Source: Folioceros fuciformis (Eukaryota). From it: 42,882 bases of DNA. A program made the position numbers and the translations under genes. A model generated the notes under the pieces. The model saw only the letters and a program-made list of their open reading frames with translations, was not told the origin of the DNA and ran no database searches. Below, one piece after another: positions 37,891 to 42,882 of the stretch (positions within the stretch are counted from its first letter, which is position 1; each line of letters starts with the position of its first letter). Where the stretch lies: positions 62,475 to 105,356 of the forward strand of contig JBNGIO010005918.1 of the NCBI GenBank assembly GCA_049999805.1. The letters run 5' to 3'.

Positions 37891-40800
37891 CCACTCCGCG
37901 ACTCCATCTTCCTTCACGCCTTCCCTGCCGCGCTGCGGCACTTGCCACTGCCGCGCCGCGTCCCGTCCACGGACTTCGACGCCCTTTCGAGTCTTGAGTC
38001 TTGTTGGAGAGCTCCATCTGTCCCGCGGAGAGTGATGGGTAGGGTAGCAGGCGCGAGGGCGCTTGCTCTGTCCTTTCTTCCCTCCGAGTACAGTACAGGA
38101 CGTAGTGTTGCAGTACAACAGAGGATGCGTCTCACAGTCACCCTGAATAGTCGCTGCAGCGGGGATTGTACTTTTTTTTTTGGTATATATATATCACGCA
38201 GGGCTCCAGGAAGCTGCACTGGATTCAAGCCTGGTGCTGGTGCGGGTGCGGGTGCGCGTGCCGGGAACGCGCTCTGGAGCTGCGTGGACAGTCCAGTTCC
38301 ACTTTCCTATCTGCAAATGTATCTGCCTCCTCCATCTGTGATGTGCCGCCGAATGCGCTAGCCTAATATATTAACTTATAAGAATGCCACCCCCAACCTT
38401 AGCCTGTGTCTTGTTCTCCGGCTGCACCAAAATGCTCCGCCACGCAAGTCAGCCCGTGATTTCAAGATATTGCATCACCCTCCACGTGGGTTCTGTGTTG
38501 ACGTGTGTCAAATTCTGGCAGCGCAGCACTGCGTTCCTTTAGGAGGAGTACACAAAGAGGAGTGCTTGAAACATGGAGGTGGTCACCGACACTGACACTG
38601 GGATAGCAGAGCCATTTTGAGTGAACGAGAGATTGGAGAGTGCAAGAGCCTTCCGGGCACTGATAAAAAAAGAAAACTTACCAATTAACCTAGTCTCTCT
38701 ACATATGTATGTCCCTCGAGTAACAAAGCCAGCAAACCAAACCAGTAGTTGTGGATATTGTTCATCACCCCATGGGTCTTAAAAGGCAAGAGAGATGACA
38801 ACATGGTTGTTCTAGAGCATGGCTCTCCCACTCAACTTGAAGGGTTGATGACAACTTGTTCGCACATGGAGTCGGAGGTGAAGTTGAAGGGGAGCTCAAA
38901 ATTGCAGGTGGGTGAGACTGCAGGTTGCTTTTGCTCTCATCATTGCCACTCCTTTCCCGCTCCCATCCCCATCATAAGTCCGTTGTTACGAGGTGCAAGG
39001 GAGAAAAGAGCTATCGAAAAGCTGGCAGTCCGTTTGATAACGAAAAATTGTGTACCCAAGGGATTCCATTGACAACCCCGTCCCCGTTCCTCCAGGGGCT
39101 CTCGTGTCGGCGAGCTAAGGGGTAATCGTAAGAGCGCTTCACTTCACAGCCGCGCGGTACTCGCGGTCATGACTTTTGGTAGTGGACACTGGCTCCAGGC
39201 TGGCTATCACAGGCTACAACCGGCGAATTGTGGTGCCAGGGCCAGCACTAGCGTCTGTGCAAGATGTGCAAGTGTGACGAAGCGGAAGGCAAGTGGAGCA
39301 GGGTGGAACAGAGATAGGCAGAGCAGGAGCAGGCTCAGCCAATGTCAGACCAGACATGTGTGAGTGCAGGAGCAGGCCCGACGTCACGGTGTGACTTCCG
39401 TGACCTCCAGTGGAGCTGCTGCAACTTGCGCTGGGGGCCGTCCCGCTTCTCCCTGCATTCCAAGGCTCAGGATGCACGAGGGGCCTGAGATGGAGGACGA
39501 AATACAGGCTGTTTCGCGGACAGTCCGAGTACTAGCGGACCGACGAGATCGAGGAGAGTTTGAGATATGAAGAGCAGCAGGGGCCGAATCTTGAGCGAGC
39601 CTTGACCTGCTGGATGGAGATATGTATCATGGACAGCGACGCGTTAAGGACGTAGTGGCACAGGTTTATGTGTCCTTTTTTGCGAGGGATGCAAAGGACT
39701 GAACGCTTTATCATCCTGAGCATGGCCGGATGTCGGTTGACATCTTATCACTCCCTGCGACGTTTCCTACTGCTGGCATGAAACAGCCAACGCACAGCTT
39801 AGTTCTACCTTGCCCTCGCACCTCACATGTTGCTCGCTGAAAACCATGAGCGCCTCCATGTCTCCAGTCATCTGGTTTGTAACAACTGACATTCCGGAAC
39901 CTTTTGGTGAAGGCACGTGCCTTTCCCTCTGGGCAGCCATGCTCCTCACGCGTTCGAGCAGTGGCTAGGTGCCCCTTGCCGCAGTGGTATTGTTTTAGTT
40001 GACAGCTTCTAGACGCTGCTAGAATGACAGGCGCAGTTGAACCTGCAACCCTTCCGCGACCATGATCTCAGAAACAATTCCGTGATCACACATCTGCATT
40101 CGCTGGTACCGTTGTGGATAAAAAATAGATTAAAACGACCATGTCGTGAACGTCGTTTGCACCTCGTTGTCGCCGGCAGTTGTAAGAACCGGCCCTCGTT
40201 AGGAACTCAAGTCACTCAGGACCGGCAACCTGGACTCCGGACGCCCTGGCCAAACTGCCCAAGACTGGATGCTTTGCTTGAGACAAGCAGGGATCCTTCT
40301 GGGGGGAAGACGTAAGGATTGATTTTCCTCTTCTTCTTCAGGGAGACCTGTGAAACACTCAGGAGGTGTTGCTAAGGATAATGCCTGTTTCACTCCAAAA
40401 CATGGTGCAGGGGGAACAAAAAACACGATGCAGATCAGGAACCATGCCCTTCATGGACTCTTGCTTTGCATTTGTAGAAGTACACAAGAAAAAGTACTTG
40501 GACTTCGTCCATTCAAGTGTAGAACTGTGAACACTGAACTTGTATACCTACACTGAACCATATACCTGTTCGTGTCCTAGCCCACCATGAACTCTGAGGT
40601 CGCTTAACATTCCACTTGGTCGCAGGAGGAACTAGTTGCCTTCGCTACCTTCATGGTAGGCCTGAACCGTTTGTGAACATAATTCTTGGCAGGCATAGAT
40701 GCCCGGGTTCCTTCGGCCCCACCCCGTATCAGCAAGCTAGAGGGCACTGGGTTAGATCCATCACGAGCTATGAATCCATCTGTGATTGTTGCCTTCTCTG

Positions 40801-42260
40801 TACTGCCGGCATCTATGATTCAATTGGTGGCCATGAATAATGGATGAAACTAACGGGAGAGCGCTTTTCCTCATGGGGTTTCATGCCTGTCTCCATAGCA
40901 AATATGACATAATTCCTCACACATGTTGCTAATGGTGATGCGGCAGGCTAGAAACTTCCAAGGCTTTACATTTTCAAGGAGTCAAGCCACACAAACCAAA
41001 GCTCATGAGATTTGTTCACGAGGACGGTTCCACCGCCAGCAGACTGGAGAACGCATTCAGACAATGGTTGCAGCACATCCATCCGCAAGTTGGCAGGACC
41101 ATGAGTCCAACCTGGAAACATGTTTTCGTTTGATGCGGCAAGGTGGCATCTTTCATTTCATCTGAGGCTGGCCCCAAGTCATACAAAGAGATGGGCTTGA
41201 TTTTCATTTTTGCATGACAAGCACCCTTCAGCCCTCGGTTCCATCCTCCAGATGTTGGAGACAAGAAAAGCCCCATGTTCAACGACCACAGTATTAGACG
41301 AGACAGTATGCCTCCAGACAGTCTTGCGAGTTCCGTGAATTTAGGGTTTAGGTTCTAAAACATAAACCCTCTGTCCGGTTTGGTATGCCGTACATTGTTC
41401 CTAACTGAATATTCAATTTGTCAATGGCTTTGTGTTTCCCCTTGCTTTTCTTGTCGGTTTTAGTTGCCACGTGGTTTGTCTCTTTTCAAAACAAGTTAAA
41501 AAACATTGGTTTCAAGTTTGGAATAATTTAGCTATTTAATAGGTTGAGTACTTTTAAATAATTATATTATATCATTTTAACCAAATAATTTGAAGCTAAT
41601 GATCATTTTTTATCAATCCAGCAAGTCTATCAATGTTTTTTTTAAGATTGCTTTGGAATGATTGACTTAAAATCATTTTGTAATAGTTTTTAGATTTAGG
41701 GTTCAAAACAATAAGGCATATTAGTGTACAAGTATTACTTTTTGGAAACATGCATATAATCATGATGAGTACTAGAAATTAGTAGTAATTTATAGATAAA
41801 TAATTAGTTTGCATAAATAATCCCATTGAGTGATTCATATTGGTTTTGAAAATATTAATATGAGTATATTCAGTAATTATCTAGTTGTTAGATGAACGTC
41901 TAATAAAGAGTATAATTTTATCTTATATATATATACACTACTTTATAAATAATTTTTATTAAAAATAATATGTATATGATTAGATGGAATGTAAACCCTT
42001 TCAACTCCTAGATCAATCACACATTAGGTATTGAAGGTAGCTATCATCCTATATATTAGGTTGTCAATGGTAATTTGACGAGTATTGATCTTCGGGTTAG
42101 TCCAATTTAGATTGCCTTGACAACCAAGTGTGACTCCCACAATGTTGAAAACCAAAGCGTTCCTCTCATGTTAAGATATGAAATGAAGAAGGGCTATCTG
42201 CTATGGTATTATGAAGTGCTAGACCCGCATTTTGTTGTTGTTCTAAAGTTGGCATCAACT

Positions 42261-42840
42261 AACACACTATGCACAAGAATGGATGAGAGAAATAGAGGCC
42301 AACGCTCTTTGCACAAAAATGAATTGAAGGAATGTGGACCAATGTCCTTTGCAAAAGAATGGATTGGAGGAATGGGGGGCAACGTTCTTTGCACGGGAAT
42401 GGATTGGAGAAATGGGGGCCAACGCCCTTTGCACGGGAATAAATTGTAGAAATGGGGGCCAATGCTCATTGCACGGGAATGGATGGGAGGAATGGAGGCC
42501 AACGCCCTTTGCAAGGAAATGGATCAAAGGAATGGGGCACAACACACTATGCATGAGAATGGATCAGAGGAATGAGGGACAACGCCCTTCGTATAGGAAT
42601 GGATTGCCGAAATGGAGGCCAATGCCCTTTATATGGGAATGGATCAAAGGAATAAAGGCCAATGCCCTTTGTGATCCACGAATAGATACCCACGAATAGA
42701 TCGAAGGAATGGGGGCCAATGCCCTTTACATAGCAATGGATCAAAGGAATCAGGATCAAAGGAATCGGGTCCCCAATGCTCTTCGTGTACAAATAGATGG
42801 GAGAAATGGGGGGCCAATACCCCTTGCATAGGAATGGATC
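42261..42840. repeat. 40-bp minisatellite (10 regular units plus about 4 irregular)
   Basis: Consensus GCACGGGAATGGATTGGAGGAATGGGGGCCAACGCCCTTT with an exact 40-bp period from 42271 to 42670, then indel-broken copies. Confidence 0.95.
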
Positions 42841-42882
42841 CGGTTGTTCAAAGAAGACTGCTACGAAGGAAAGGGGGAGAAA

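Noticed and set aside
38238-38258. TGGTGCGGGTGCGGGTGCGCG resembles the complement of miR530/miR1030
   Set aside because: No complementary arm nearby to form a precursor; a GGTGCG microsatellite explains it.
38821-38897. miR159/319-like TTGAAGGGGAGCTC with a weak upstream complement
   Set aside because: Too many mismatches to the mature miRNA and only a short interrupted stem.
39703-39723. Partial miR390/TAS3-like site (CGCTTTATCATCCTGAGCAT)
   Set aside because: Poor complementarity, no second site on the same strand and no tasiARF-like sequence seen.
41340-41370. CCTAAACCCTAAA on the - strand as a telomerase RNA template
   Set aside because: No USE/TATA type-3 promoter or conserved terminal pairing elements seen; a telo-box is the simpler reading.
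42117-42829. Several ORFs at the right end
   Set aside because: By-products of the 40-bp repeat; the same peptides recur in shifting frames.

Overview
Eukaryotic nuclear DNA from a compact, short-intron land-plant genome. A dynein-2 intermediate chain-like gene points to a non-seed plant with flagellated sperm, and introns of about 70-200 nt fit a hornwort-like genome (inference). The left half (1-21 kb) is a dense block of spliced genes: mRNA cap guanine-N7 methyltransferase 2 (-, runs off the left edge), a 29-bp dimeric repeat array, ALDH2 aldehyde dehydrogenase (+), PDCD5 (-), NUP88/MOS7 (-), a WDR60/DYNC2I1-like gene (+), a small Spo12-motif protein (-) and an LRR receptor-like kinase (-). 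The middle (22-34 kb) is transposon-derived: a decayed Ty1/copia element carrying a solo LTR in its RNase H, next to or inside a decayed PIF/Harbinger element. The right part has a DOMON-cytochrome b561 gene (-), about 3 kb of unexplained transcript-like sequence and a 40-bp minisatellite. Most notable: a possible spliced, in-frame NUP88-(TAG)-PDCD5 bicistronic or readthrough unit; an apparent GA-AG intron in ALDH2; a >430-aa tail with a ULM-like motif on the cap methyltransferase; and a repeat array whose alternating cores are reverse complements. All calls come from reading the sequence by eye; no database searches were run.
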